Source of the DNA: Dehalococcoidia bacterium
GTDB taxonomy: Bacteria > Chloroflexota > Dehalococcoidia > Lucifugimonadales > UBA3495
Length of the DNA: 64,000 bases
Reading direction: 5' to 3'
Assembly: GCA_965261925.1 (NCBI GenBank)
Contig: OZ253486.1
Location: 2,520,623-2,584,622, forward strand
Made by a program: the position numbers and the translations under genes. Positions within the stretch are counted from its first letter, which is position 1; each line of letters opens with the position of its first letter. A model generated the notes under the pieces. The model did not search any database and was not told the DNA's origin. It saw only the letters and a program-made list of their open reading frames with translations. Of this stretch, positions 20,551-28,937 are shown in pieces.

Positions 20551-21450
20551 CTAGGCGGCAAGTTTGCGCAGCTGGGCGGACACGATGTCGACGAACAGGA
20601 CCAGGAGCAGGTACCAGAAGAGGATTAGGGTGACCTCGGTGAATTTGAAGTGGCTCATCGCCAGGCGGAATTCCATCCCGAGGCCGCCGGCGGCGGCGAA
20701 CCCCACCACGATGGTGGTCCGGATGATCACCTCCCAGCGGTAGAACAGGTAGGTGACGAACTTGGGAAGAGCCTCGGGGAGCACGCCGTAGAGCAGCACC
20801 TGCAGGCGTCCCGCCCCCGTGGAACGCAGCGCTCGCATCGGGCGAGTGTCCAGCCCTTCGACGATTTCGGAACCCAGCTTCCCCAGGATGCCGCCGTTGT
20901 GGATCGCCAGGGCGATCACACCGGGCAGGGTTCCCTGGGTGAAGATGAACACCAGGATCATGGCCCAAACCAGTTCGGGAACGGCGCGGCTCACGGTGAA
21001 CAGCGCGCGCACCAGGAAAAACGGAGCCGTCCACAACGGTGACTGGTAGGGAGCGAGGCTGCCCAGCATCACGTTGCGGGCGCCGAACATGAAGGTGGCT
21101 AGCGCTCCCAGGGCGGCCAAACCCGCCGCCGCCACGCTCATGGCAAGGGTTTCGGCGGCCATGCGCGCTTTTTCCGCCCATTCGCCAGCTTGGTAGAACG
21201 CCGGAGTGGCCGCGGTTTCCGATCCGATCAACGCGCCGGCAAAGTCCGTAGCCCGGGCGAGCGCCCCGAAGGAGAACAGGTCCTGGCGGGGGAAGTGATC
21301 GTCGCCGACGATAGTTGCCCACGCCGCTACGGCCATGCAAAAGGCGATGGCGGCGGAGGCGGCGAGGAATCCGACGCGGCGCGCCGGGGCGCTCGGGGCG
21401 GTGGCTCCGCCGCGGGCTACGGGTTCGCCGCGACTATATCGAGTGGCCAT
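20551..21450 (-). CDS. phnE: Phosphonate ABC transporter permease
   Basis: Polytopic permease with the coupling loop ...RPMRALRSTGAGRLQVLLYGVLPEALP, in an operon with phnC. Confidence 0.7.
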   Translation of the reverse strand: MATRYSRGEPVARGGATAPSAPARRVGFLAASAAIAFCMAVAAWATIVGDDHFPRQDLFSFGALARATDFAGALIGSETAATPAFYQAGEWAEKARMAAETLAMSVAAAGLAALGALATFMFGARNVMLGSLAPYQSPLWTAPFFLVRALFTVSRAVPELVWAMILVFIFTQGTLPGVIALAIHNGGILGKLGSEIVEGLDTRPMRALRSTGAGRLQVLLYGVLPEALPKFVTYLFYRWEVIIRTTIVVGFAAAGGLGMEFRLAMSHFKFTEVTLILFWYLLLVLFVDIVSAQLRKLAA

Positions 21451-21453
21451 GAC

Positions 21454-22263
21454 CTAACCCTGCTCGATGGCCACGCGACGCCGCACCAATGAGCTCCAGA
21501 TATCCACCACCACCACCAGCGCGATGAGGAAATAGACGAAGGTCCACATGCGGGTGTAGTCAATGTCCTGCAGGGAAATCTGGATGTTGTGCCCGAGTCC
21601 GCCCAGGCCAACGAAGCTCAGGATGGCGGCCGACCGTATGCCGCACTCCAGGCGGTAGAAGGTGTAGCTGAGCATGTCGGGCAGGGCCATGGGCAGGCGG
21701 CCGAACCAGAAAACCCGCCACTCCGACGCTCCGGTGCCACGCAGCGCCCGGAGCGGGGCTTCCGGAACGTCCTGCAGCAGTTCGGCGTAGATTCGCCCGA
21801 GGATGCCGCCGTAGGGCAAGCCGAGCGCCAGCACGCCGGCCATGGGTGACAGGCCGAGAGCGGCAACGAAAAGCCAGGCCCACACCAACTCGTGGATAGC
21901 GCGAAAAACCGCCAGAGCAAACCGCGCTGACGAGATGTTCCAACGCCGGGCCCAGGGGGACCGGACCAGGGTTCCGGAGCCGATGATCCCCAGCGGGATG
22001 CCAATGACCAGCGCGACGGTCATGCCGGCCCAGGCGTAGGCGAGTGTGGTCCAGGTGGAGCGTGCGCCGATGGAGAGGATGTCGAGAGAGAGCTGGGGTT
22101 GGACGGCCGCCGCCAGGATCTGACCCACGGCGCGCACGCCGCCGGTGTTGAGCAGCCCATCCTCCCAGCCGATCCCGACCAGGCTGATAGAAAAAGCGAT
22201 CAGCAATATCGCGGTGAGCGCGCCGCGTCCGCCCAAGGATCCCTCGTGCGGGCGCTCATTCAT
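21454..22263 (-). CDS. phnE: Phosphonate ABC transporter permease (second copy)
   Basis: ...APLRALRGTGASEWRVFWFGRLPMALP. Start taken at ATG 22263 (MNERPHEG...), which overlaps the phnC stop by 8 nt. Confidence 0.7.
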   Translation of the reverse strand: MNERPHEGSLGGRGALTAILLIAFSISLVGIGWEDGLLNTGGVRAVGQILAAAVQPQLSLDILSIGARSTWTTLAYAWAGMTVALVIGIPLGIIGSGTLVRSPWARRWNISSARFALAVFRAIHELVWAWLFVAALGLSPMAGVLALGLPYGGILGRIYAELLQDVPEAPLRALRGTGASEWRVFWFGRLPMALPDMLSYTFYRLECGIRSAAILSFVGLGGLGHNIQISLQDIDYTRMWTFVYFLIALVVVVDIWSSLVRRRVAIEQG

Positions 22264-23068
22264 CCCGCAGGCCCTCCAAAGCATAGAGGGCGGCGAGGTG
22301 ATCATCGGTGACTTTGTGGGAGGCAAGGTCGAATGCCACTTCACCGTTGCGGAGACCGATGAGACGTCCGAAATAGGTTTGAGCCACGTCGGGAGAATGG
22401 ACGGTGGCAACCAAAGTCTTTCCGGCCTGGCGGGCCGATTCGGTCAGGATGCCCATCACCTCGTCGGCCCGCGCGGGGTCCAGGGACGATACCGGCTCGT
22501 CGGCAATGATGATGGCGGGGTCCTGTACGAGAAGGCGGGCGACGGCCACGCGCTGCTGCTCGCCGCCGGACAGAAAGCCGGCGCGCACTCTGGCGCGATC
22601 CCTGACGCCCACGCGTTCCAGGGCGGTCATGCCCACCTGCCGATCCTGGGGCCACAGCAGCGAGATTACCGATTTGAGGAGGCCCCACTCGCCCAGCCGG
22701 CCGGCCAGCACATTTTGCAATGCTGAGAGGTTGGGCACGAGGTCAAACTGCTGGTGGATCATGCCGACCTCGCGGCAGAGCTGGCGGCCCGGATGGAGTT
22801 GGGCCAGGTCTTTGCCGCGCAGGAGGATGGATCCTTCGGACGGCTCCAACTCACCGGCGATCATGGACAGGAGGGTGGTCTTGCCGCTGCCGCTGGGCCC
22901 GAGCAACGCGACGGTCTCGCCCGGCTCGATGGTGAACGAGAGCGGACGAACCGCCTCGACTTCTCCGTAGGTCTTGCCGGCCCGGCGGATCGCGACGGCC
23001 GGGTGGTTACTGTTCAGAGATGAGGCCGAGATCGCGGGCGATGTTTTCGATGGGCGCGTAATTTTCAT
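22256..23068 (-). CDS. phnC: Phosphonate ABC transporter ATP-binding protein
   Basis: Walker A GPSGSGKTT, signature LSGGEQQRV, Walker B IIIADEP. Start is uncertain (ATG 23068 or CTG 23017). Confidence 0.85.
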   Translation of the reverse strand: MKITRPSKTSPAISASSLNSNHPAVAIRRAGKTYGEVEAVRPLSFTIEPGETVALLGPSGSGKTTLLSMIAGELEPSEGSILLRGKDLAQLHPGRQLCREVGMIHQQFDLVPNLSALQNVLAGRLGEWGLLKSVISLLWPQDRQVGMTALERVGVRDRARVRAGFLSGGEQQRVAVARLLVQDPAIIIADEPVSSLDPARADEVMGILTESARQAGKTLVATVHSPDVAQTYFGRLIGLRNGEVAFDLASHKVTDDHLAALYALEGLRDE

Positions 23069-23899
23069 TGGACGTTGGAATGAACCGATCAGCCTGGAAG
23101 GCATCCATGATCTCCTGATCGCGGCCGCCGTTGGAAGCGTTCAGCTTGAGCAGGGCATCGAGCACGCGCTGGGTGAATCCGGCGCCGTAGACCTCATCTA
23201 GGCCCGGTCGGACCACCCAGTGGTAATCGACGTAGCCGGGAGACGTGTAGAAAGCGGCGACCCTGGAAGTGTCAACGTCGTCCTTTTCCAAACGGGTTTT
23301 CCACACGTTGGCATTGAGGGCGCCGGCTTCGACGGCGCCGGCCTCGACCTGTTTCCAGGTGGCGTCGTGGGACCCGCTGTAGGCCACGCTTTTGAAATCC
23401 GTCTCGGGGACGATGCCTTCCTGGTCCAGGAAGAACCGGGGCATCAGGTTGCCGAGGTAGAACTCTCGCTGCCAAAGGTGAAGGTGCGTCCCTTGAGGTC
23501 TGACAGCGAGGATATGCCGGAGTCGGGGGCGGCGACGAACACCGAGGTAAAGTTTTCATCGGTGCTGCGCTGGGCGACGGCGCGGGAGCCGGGAACAGCC
23601 AACCGCGCCTGAACTCCGGTGAGCCCGCCGTACCAGGCCAGTTGGACGTCGTCGTTGTCCCAACCGGTCACCAGAGCGGCGTAGGACTGGGAAGGAAGAT
23701 ACCGGACGGCGACTCCGGTTTCCTCAGCGAGGTGTTCGGCGAGGAGGTTGAAGCGGGCTTCCAGGACGGCGACGTCCTAGTCGGGTACCCCGCCCACGTA
23801 AAGGGCGGGTTGTTCGGCTTCCGTGCAGGCGGTGGCGACCAGAATCGCCGAGATCAGGGCAACAGCAACGGCAGCGCGCGCCACGAGGCGTTGGAGCAT
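23007..23899 (-). pseudogene. phnD: Phosphonate-binding lipoprotein gene carrying a nonsense codon and a frameshift
   Basis: ATG 23899 opens MLQRLVARAAVAVALISAILVATAC... There is an in-frame TAG at 23777-23779 (GGVPD*DVAVLE). Frame is lost near 23447-23456 (..GSESSTSAT*). Shifting by 1 nt gives STSGNLMPRFFLDQEG..., which continues into ORF 23007-23444. Confidence 0.7.
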
Positions 23900-24217
23900 G
23901 GAGGTTTCACCATCATTCTTGAGGCCGGCGTCAGGAGACGCTCAATCGATACAAAGAAGACGGGAAACGCGAACGCGATGATAAGGGGAAACGGCTGTTC
24001 ACCCGAGGCGCGACGCGCCCGCCCACCACTCAACCCGGAGTGGTCGGCAAGGCGTTCAAGTGAAACCGGAGCCCGCGCTACACATACGTTGAAGAATGAT
24101 AACGACCGGTTATGGCGGCGTCAACGCGGGGGCTGCGCCGGCAGGGCGTTTCGATCACCGCCGTGGGGAATGACACGAGGTGGCGGATGCGGGGCAACGC
24201 ATCGGTTTTTGGCAAGA

Positions 24218-24324
24218 GCGATTGCTACGGCGACGAGATTGCCACGCTTCGCTCGCAATGACATTTAGCGAAAACGCGCTCGTCAATGACATTTGGGAAC
24301 AACACGCTCGCGATGGCATTTAGG
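24218..24324 (+). repeat. Interspersed structured repeat, copy a (core plus two degenerate tail repeats)
   Basis: Core cgacGAGATTGCCACGCTTCGCTCGCAATGACATTT at 24231-24266. Followed by gctcgtcAATGACATTTGGG and gctcgcgATGGCATTTAGG. Confidence 0.85.
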
Positions 24325-24365
24325 AAACACGAATTACCCGGTGCACCGTAACTGTCTGGGCGGGG

Positions 24366-25478
24366 TTACCTGAAATCTGCGGGGGCGGGGAACGAGGCGA
24401 GCAGCGGAGAGACGGTATCTATGGTTGCCGAACTGATGCTTTCCACGGTGGGACAACCGCACATGCCCATGGTGGCATCCAATTCGTCCCGCAGCAGCTC
24501 GAGGACGGCAGCGAGCCCAGGGGAGCCGTCAACCGCCAGTCCCCAGAAGAGAGGGCGGCCAATTAACACCGAGCGTGCGCCCAGCGCGATGGCTTTGAAA
24601 ATGTCGGTGCCGCGACGAACTCCACCGTCCAGGTACACCTCGGCATTGCCGTCGACAGCGTTCACCACCTCAGGAAGAACTTCGATGGTGGCCGGAGTGG
24701 TATCCAGGTAGCGTCCGCCGTGATTGGAAACGATCACAGCCTTGGCGCCATTTTCGGCGGAAAGGCGTCCGTCCTCGCCGGCCATGATTCCCTTGACCAC
24801 GACAGGCAGTCGGACGTTGGACGCGAACCAGTCGAGGTCATCCCACGTGGATGCCACGTCCCTGATGTCGCTGGGCCCGGCCGGGGCGTCCGCGGCGAAC
24901 TTCCAGCTGTGGGTGCCGAGGTCCAATTGGGCATAGTTGGGCGAGTCCGCGCCGACGTAGTCGTTGCGGATGTTGCGTTCCCGCTTGGGTTTGATTTTGG
25001 CGTCCAGGGTCATGCAGATGGCGGAGTATCCGGCTTCCTCCGCGCGGGCCGCCATCTCCAGGGTCAGGCCCCGATCTTTGAAGAAGTACTGCTGGAACCA
25101 GAGCGGGCCGGCGGCGGCCGCGGCCACGTCCTCCAAGGTGCGGGAGGCGTGGGAGCTGAGAACCATGAGGGTTCCCATTGCGCCGGCGGCTTTGACCGTT
25201 GCGATCTCCGCCTCCGGATGGGCGGCACCGTGATTGCCGGCGGGGTCCAGCATCACCGGGAGAGCTATTTCCTGCCCCAAGACCGTGGTGGCCAGGGACC
25301 GGTTCTCGACGTCCACCATCATCCTGGGGCGTAACATGATGGAATCGAACACGGCCCGGGTTCGACGGATGGTAATTTCATCGGTGGCTCCGCCGGCGAT
25401 GAAATCGTAGTGTCCCTGCTCGATCCGCTCTTTCGCGATCTGTTCGTACTCAAAAATATTGACGGGTTCCGTGGCCAT
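24366..25478 (-). CDS. FMN-dependent alpha-hydroxy acid dehydrogenase/oxidase (lactate/glycolate/mandelate type)
   Basis: ...NIFEYEQIAKE..., VSNHGGRYLD, DGGVRRGTDIFKA. Start taken at ATG 25478 with a GAGG RBS 7 nt upstream (ATG 25529 also possible). Confidence 0.85.
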   Translation of the reverse strand: MATEPVNIFEYEQIAKERIEQGHYDFIAGGATDEITIRRTRAVFDSIMLRPRMMVDVENRSLATTVLGQEIALPVMLDPAGNHGAAHPEAEIATVKAAGAMGTLMVLSSHASRTLEDVAAAAAGPLWFQQYFFKDRGLTLEMAARAEEAGYSAICMTLDAKIKPKRERNIRNDYVGADSPNYAQLDLGTHSWKFAADAPAGPSDIRDVASTWDDLDWFASNVRLPVVVKGIMAGEDGRLSAENGAKAVIVSNHGGRYLDTTPATIEVLPEVVNAVDGNAEVYLDGGVRRGTDIFKAIALGARSVLIGRPLFWGLAVDGSPGLAAVLELLRDELDATMGMCGCPTVESISSATIDTVSPLLASFPAPADFR

Positions 25479-25570
25479 TCCGATTACCTCAGGCGAGTGT
25501 TGGGGACTTTGAGAAGTGATGTCCGCCATTATACATAGCGCGGGAAGAATGCCCTTCGGCCCGGGCGACA

Positions 25571-25610
25571 GCGACGAGATTGCCACGCTGCGCTCGCAAT
25601 GACATGAGGG
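25571..25610 (+). repeat. Interspersed structured repeat, copy b
   Basis: gcgacGAGATTGCCACGCTGCGCTCGCAATGACATGAGGG. Confidence 0.85.
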
Positions 25611-25631
25611 AACATGCGGGGGCAGCCTGGG

Positions 25632-26324
25632 TTATGCCCGGAGGACGTCCGGGATTGGGGTGCCCAGAACGAGTTCCAAGACCTTTTGCCAGATGGGGGA
25701 CAAGGGAAAACGGGTGTCGCGGTGTGTCGATATTTCGCCGGTTTCCGGGTGGCAGGGGCAGCGGATTGGAACGGCGCCGCGCTCGTACCAACCGTGGGGG
25801 TCCGCACTCCGCATCAGGGGCACCTTTTCGAGCTTCCATTCGGCGACGATCTCGCCGTAGTTGGGCAGATCGAGGATGTCGCGCACGCTGGTGATGGGCG
25901 GGAGGTCCTCGGGTCGGAAACGGGGAGGCAGGCCACGGGCCCAACGCTTGTGATAGCGGACGGGCCGGGGATTGCCGGCGATTATGGCATCAGCGTCCTT
26001 GAGCAGCGCGGCGACACGACGCCGGAGACGACGCAGCGGGCAGCCGCGATCGCCCACACGCTTGCCGTGGCGGGCTTCCTCCGACGCCAGGTATTCGGGG
26101 AGGGTGTGCACTTGCCGAAACGTCTTGACGTGGGAGCGGCTCATGCGGCCGCTGCTCACGCATCCGTGGATGGCTATTTCCAGCCGGTGCCGGGTGTTGT
26201 GACACAACCCAGCGTTGACCGCGAGGGCGGTTGCCGCGTGGGACACGGACCGACGGAGCGCGACGGCGGCATCGGCGATGTCGCCGGCCTGGCCGGCGGT
26301 ACGGGCGCGAGAGAGAAACGCCAT
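25632..26324 (-). CDS. Hypothetical protein (N-terminal helical region possibly PaREP1/HEPN-like)
   Basis: Start taken at ATG 26324 (MAFLSRARTAGQAGDIADAAVALRRSVSHAATALAVNAGLCHNTRHRLEIAIHG...). The C-terminal half has non-low-complexity sequence. I recognise no catalytic motif with confidence. Confidence 0.4.
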   Translation of the reverse strand: MAFLSRARTAGQAGDIADAAVALRRSVSHAATALAVNAGLCHNTRHRLEIAIHGCVSSGRMSRSHVKTFRQVHTLPEYLASEEARHGKRVGDRGCPLRRLRRRVAALLKDADAIIAGNPRPVRYHKRWARGLPPRFRPEDLPPITSVRDILDLPNYGEIVAEWKLEKVPLMRSADPHGWYERGAVPIRCPCHPETGEISTHRDTRFPLSPIWQKVLELVLGTPIPDVLRA

Positions 26325-27091
26325 GCTCCTCTCTTGATGATGATTTACGGTACCCATTTTAATCCTCGAAGGGGGACCGAGGCTGCGGACGGCGCACGGC
26401 CGTCGCAACCCCGGTTTGCCAGATAGCAGCGGCCAGCCGGAAACGAACCCAAGGCTGGGAACGCAAGCACGAGCCGGCGCGCGCAATCATGGCGTGACGA
26501 TACGATACGGGACGGGGTGGGTCCCCCGCTGTCGGTGGAAGGTTGAAACTCCTATTACGGTTGGTGGGTGTCGGTGAGGGTTGAACATCGGGGATCGGGT
26601 CTTGGGGTCCAGGTTGTCGGCGCCACGGCCAGAGAGCGTTGTCTGCGAGATTCCAGTGCCAAGCTTCCATGTCCCGGCTTTCGCGGCAAGCGCGAGAGCC
26701 GACACGGGGCGGAGGTCACACCCGCCGCGCCACCGCGCACCCGTTCCGTTGAATAAGACGGCGAGAGGATGCGAGGCAGCGAGTTGCAATCCGACGCGCC
26801 GCAGGCCGGAGCCCGCAGCGGTTTTAGGCCGTTGAACCTGGACTGTTGACCCGATATTCCCGATGTTATGTTCAGACGGGTGGACCGGTCGTTCCCTGGC
26901 GCCGGGGACTGCGGACGGCGAAGCGTGTACGAGGTTTCGCCGTCCGGCTGGGGTCCGCCTGTCTGACTGGTGTACAGGATATAGGACGGGCGTTCGTTCG
27001 CGCTTGGGGTGGGTGTCAGCAATTTTTCGGCCGGTGTGGTGGGCGGATGGGGCGGGGTGATGCGACGGCTTGCGGGAAGGGTCGGTGCTGC

Positions 27092-27132
27092 GGCGACGAG
27101 ATTGCCACGCTGCGCTCGCAATGACAGTTGGG
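27092..27132 (+). repeat. Interspersed structured repeat, copy c
   Basis: ggcgacGAGATTGCCACGCTGCGCTCGCAATGACAGTTGGG. Confidence 0.85.
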
Positions 27133-27256
27133 CGGGCTCGTTATGGCGTTTGGCGGTGTGGGGGTGTCACCATGGCGGTTGCGGTGTCGGCCGGCGATGG
27201 GTGGGAGTGGGGATGCGGGAGGGGCGCCTGGAGTGTGATTGCGCTGGCGTTGCGGC

Positions 27257-27391
27257 GAAACTGTTCAGGCATGAGTGGATCCGGGCATCGCGGTGTGCTC
27301 TCGCTGTGTCTAAATCCTGCCTGATTTTGCTCGCGCGGAGCCGCAGGCAGCGGCAAACGCGGCGTTCACCTCACCGCCTCTGAACGGTTAC
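27257..27391 (-). mobile_element. MITE derived from the IS66-family element (copy 1)
   Basis: Left end GAAACTGTTCAGGCATGAGTGG resembles the IS right inverted repeat. Right end ...CACCTCACCGCCTCTGAACGGTTAC resembles the IS left inverted repeat. No ORF. Inverted relative to the IS at 52389. Confidence 0.7.
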
Positions 27392-27591
27392 CCCCGGTTG
27401 GTGGTGTCTCATTTTGAAATGGCGCATTACGAAACTCGATGATGTCCATGCTCAACCCGCCGAGCCAAACAGCCCGCGCCAACTAACAATGGGAACCCCG
27501 TCCGAGCGCGCTGCCCTCTTCCAAACTGAAACGGCAACCAACACTTTCGCAATCTAACCTATCCCGCTACACTGAAACGACACGCTGTGGA

Positions 27592-28587
27592 ATGCAACCC
27601 ACTATGACCACCCCCAACGCCATCACGGAACTTCTGGCAGCCTTGGACGACGATCCTCAGCTGGAAGCGATGCTGCGCCAGCGCATCCTCACTAAGGAAA
27701 TCCTCGACTTGCCCCAGAAAGTAGCCGAACTGACTGACGCTGTCAGCGACCTCGCCAGCACCATAGCGGAGATGGCAAGGGTTTCCGACCAAAGGTTGAC
27801 CGCCGTGGAGAACCGGCTCGATGCGGTGGAGAACCGGCTCGGTACTGTGGAGGTCCGGCTCGATGCCGTGGATGTCCGGCTAGGCGCCGTGGAGAACCGG
27901 CTAGGTGCCGTGGAGAACCGGGTCGATGATGTCGCGCTCAAAGTGGACGATCTGACGGTGCAACAGACGACCATGCAAGGCCAGCTCAACCACCTGTCCG
28001 ACCAACAGACGATCATGCAAGGCCAGCTCAACCACCTGTCCGACCAACAGACGATCATGCAAGGCCAGATCAACCACCTGTCCGACCAACAGACGACCAT
28101 GCAAGGCCAGCAGACGACCATGCAAGGCCAGCAGACGACCATGCAAGGGCAGCTCAACAACCTGACCGGCACCGATTACGAGCGCAAGGTCGTCCGACGG
28201 GCACATCGCATTGTCCGGAGACACCTGGGCGTCAGCAACGGACAAGTCCTCGTAGCCATCAACCGTCCAGACGGTCAAACAATCACGGACCTGCTCGACG
28301 CGGGAGCCGACCAAGGCATCATCACTGAAGACGACGCCGACGAGTTGGACCGCGCAGACATCATCCTGCGCGGCAATTCGCCAGACGGCGACGATGTTTA
28401 TGTGGTGGGTGAGATCTCAATCACAATAGATGACGGCGACATTGACCGGGCCGATCATCGGTCCCGCATCTTACAGAACGTCAGCCGAGTAGCCACCCGC
28501 GCCGCCGTGATCGGAAGCTCCATCTCCGACGCCAATCGGGAACGGGCCGCCAACAGCCGCGTCACCATAGTCATTCTGGACGAATGA
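27592..28587 (+). CDS. Coiled-coil tandem-repeat protein with a C-terminal nuclease-like (D...E-I-S) domain
   Basis: 331 aa with six VENRLDA-type heptads, then QQTxMQGQLNHLSD x3 and QTTMQGQ x3. The C-terminal domain reads ...ELDRADIILRGNSPDGDDVYVVGEISITIDDGDIDRA... Confidence 0.6.
   Translation: MQPTMTTPNAITELLAALDDDPQLEAMLRQRILTKEILDLPQKVAELTDAVSDLASTIAEMARVSDQRLTAVENRLDAVENRLGTVEVRLDAVDVRLGAVENRLGAVENRVDDVALKVDDLTVQQTTMQGQLNHLSDQQTIMQGQLNHLSDQQTIMQGQINHLSDQQTTMQGQQTTMQGQQTTMQGQLNNLTGTDYERKVVRRAHRIVRRHLGVSNGQVLVAINRPDGQTITDLLDAGADQGIITEDDADELDRADIILRGNSPDGDDVYVVGEISITIDDGDIDRADHRSRILQNVSRVATRAAVIGSSISDANRERAANSRVTIVILDE
27805..28152 (+). repeat. Near-perfect in-frame tandem repeats inside the coiled-coil gene
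   Basis: Six 21-bp units (gtggagaaccggctcgatgcg-like) span 27805-27930. Three 42-bp units span 27961-28086, followed by three 21/24-bp units to 28152. Confidence 0.9.
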
Positions 28588-28752
28588 GCCGAGGCAACGC
28601 AGCACAGCGTCGACCCCAATGGCGCCGCTCAGGTCGCATTCACCCAGCGAATGCATAGCCGCGCACACGGCATCCCAGCGAAACAGCCCAACCCGACCCG
28701 ATTTATTCGGAATCGTAATACGCCGTTTGAAACGGCGTCACCATGCCCCGTT

Positions 28753-28886
28753 GAACTGTTCAGACTTGAGTGGATATGGGCATCGCAGTGCGTTCCCACC
28801 ATGTCGAAATCCCGTCTGATCATGCTCACTCGGAGCGACAGGCGGCGGGAAACGCCGCGTTCGCCTCACCAACTCTGAACAGTTAC
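28753..28886 (-). mobile_element. MITE derived from the IS66-family element (copy 2)
   Basis: GAACTGTTCAGACTTGAGTGG...GCCTCACCAACTCTGAACAGTTAC. Alignable end to end with copy 1. Flanked by the direct 7-mer CCCCGTT (28746-28752 and 28887-28893). Confidence 0.75.
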
Positions 28887-28901
28887 CCCCGTTTGAATTG
28901 C

Positions 28902-28930
28902 TTGACCCTCTTACATGGCCATGCTAGCCT
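28902..28930 (+). promoter_or_regulatory. Sigma70-type promoter of rnpB
   Basis: TTGACC (28902-28907), 17-nt spacer, TAGCCT (28925-28930) preceded by TGc. It lies 7 nt upstream of the predicted RNase P RNA 5' end. Confidence 0.55.
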
Positions 28931-28937
28931 CGCAGAT

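Noticed and set aside
23003-23025. GGTTACTGTTCAGAGATGAGG at the phnD stop / phnC start, resembling the IS66 left inverted repeat (GGGTAACTGTTCAGAGTTGGTGAGG)
   Set aside because: It lies inside coding sequence that translates sensibly (…LISEQ*), has a 1-nt difference in the GTAA terminus, and has no partner end nearby. It is probably chance or an ancient remnant. Worth a computed check only.
26555-27121. 188-aa minus-strand ORF (and neighbours) in the long non-coding stretch
   Set aside because: It starts inside the interspersed repeat (MRAQRGNLV...). It is Pro/Ser/Thr/Arg-rich and has no RBS, so it is treated as an artefact of reading through repeats.
27546-27573. TTCGCA-16-TACACT upstream of the coiled-coil gene as its promoter
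   Set aside because: The -35 match is weak, no RBS follows, and the gene start (27592 vs 27604) is ambiguous. There is too little support to list it as a feature.
27805-28152. Regular short repeats (here and at 34525-35549) as possible CRISPR arrays
   Set aside because: The units are contiguous and in frame without unique spacers (27805-28152), or are 316-364-bp gene-containing units. No cas genes are in the window.
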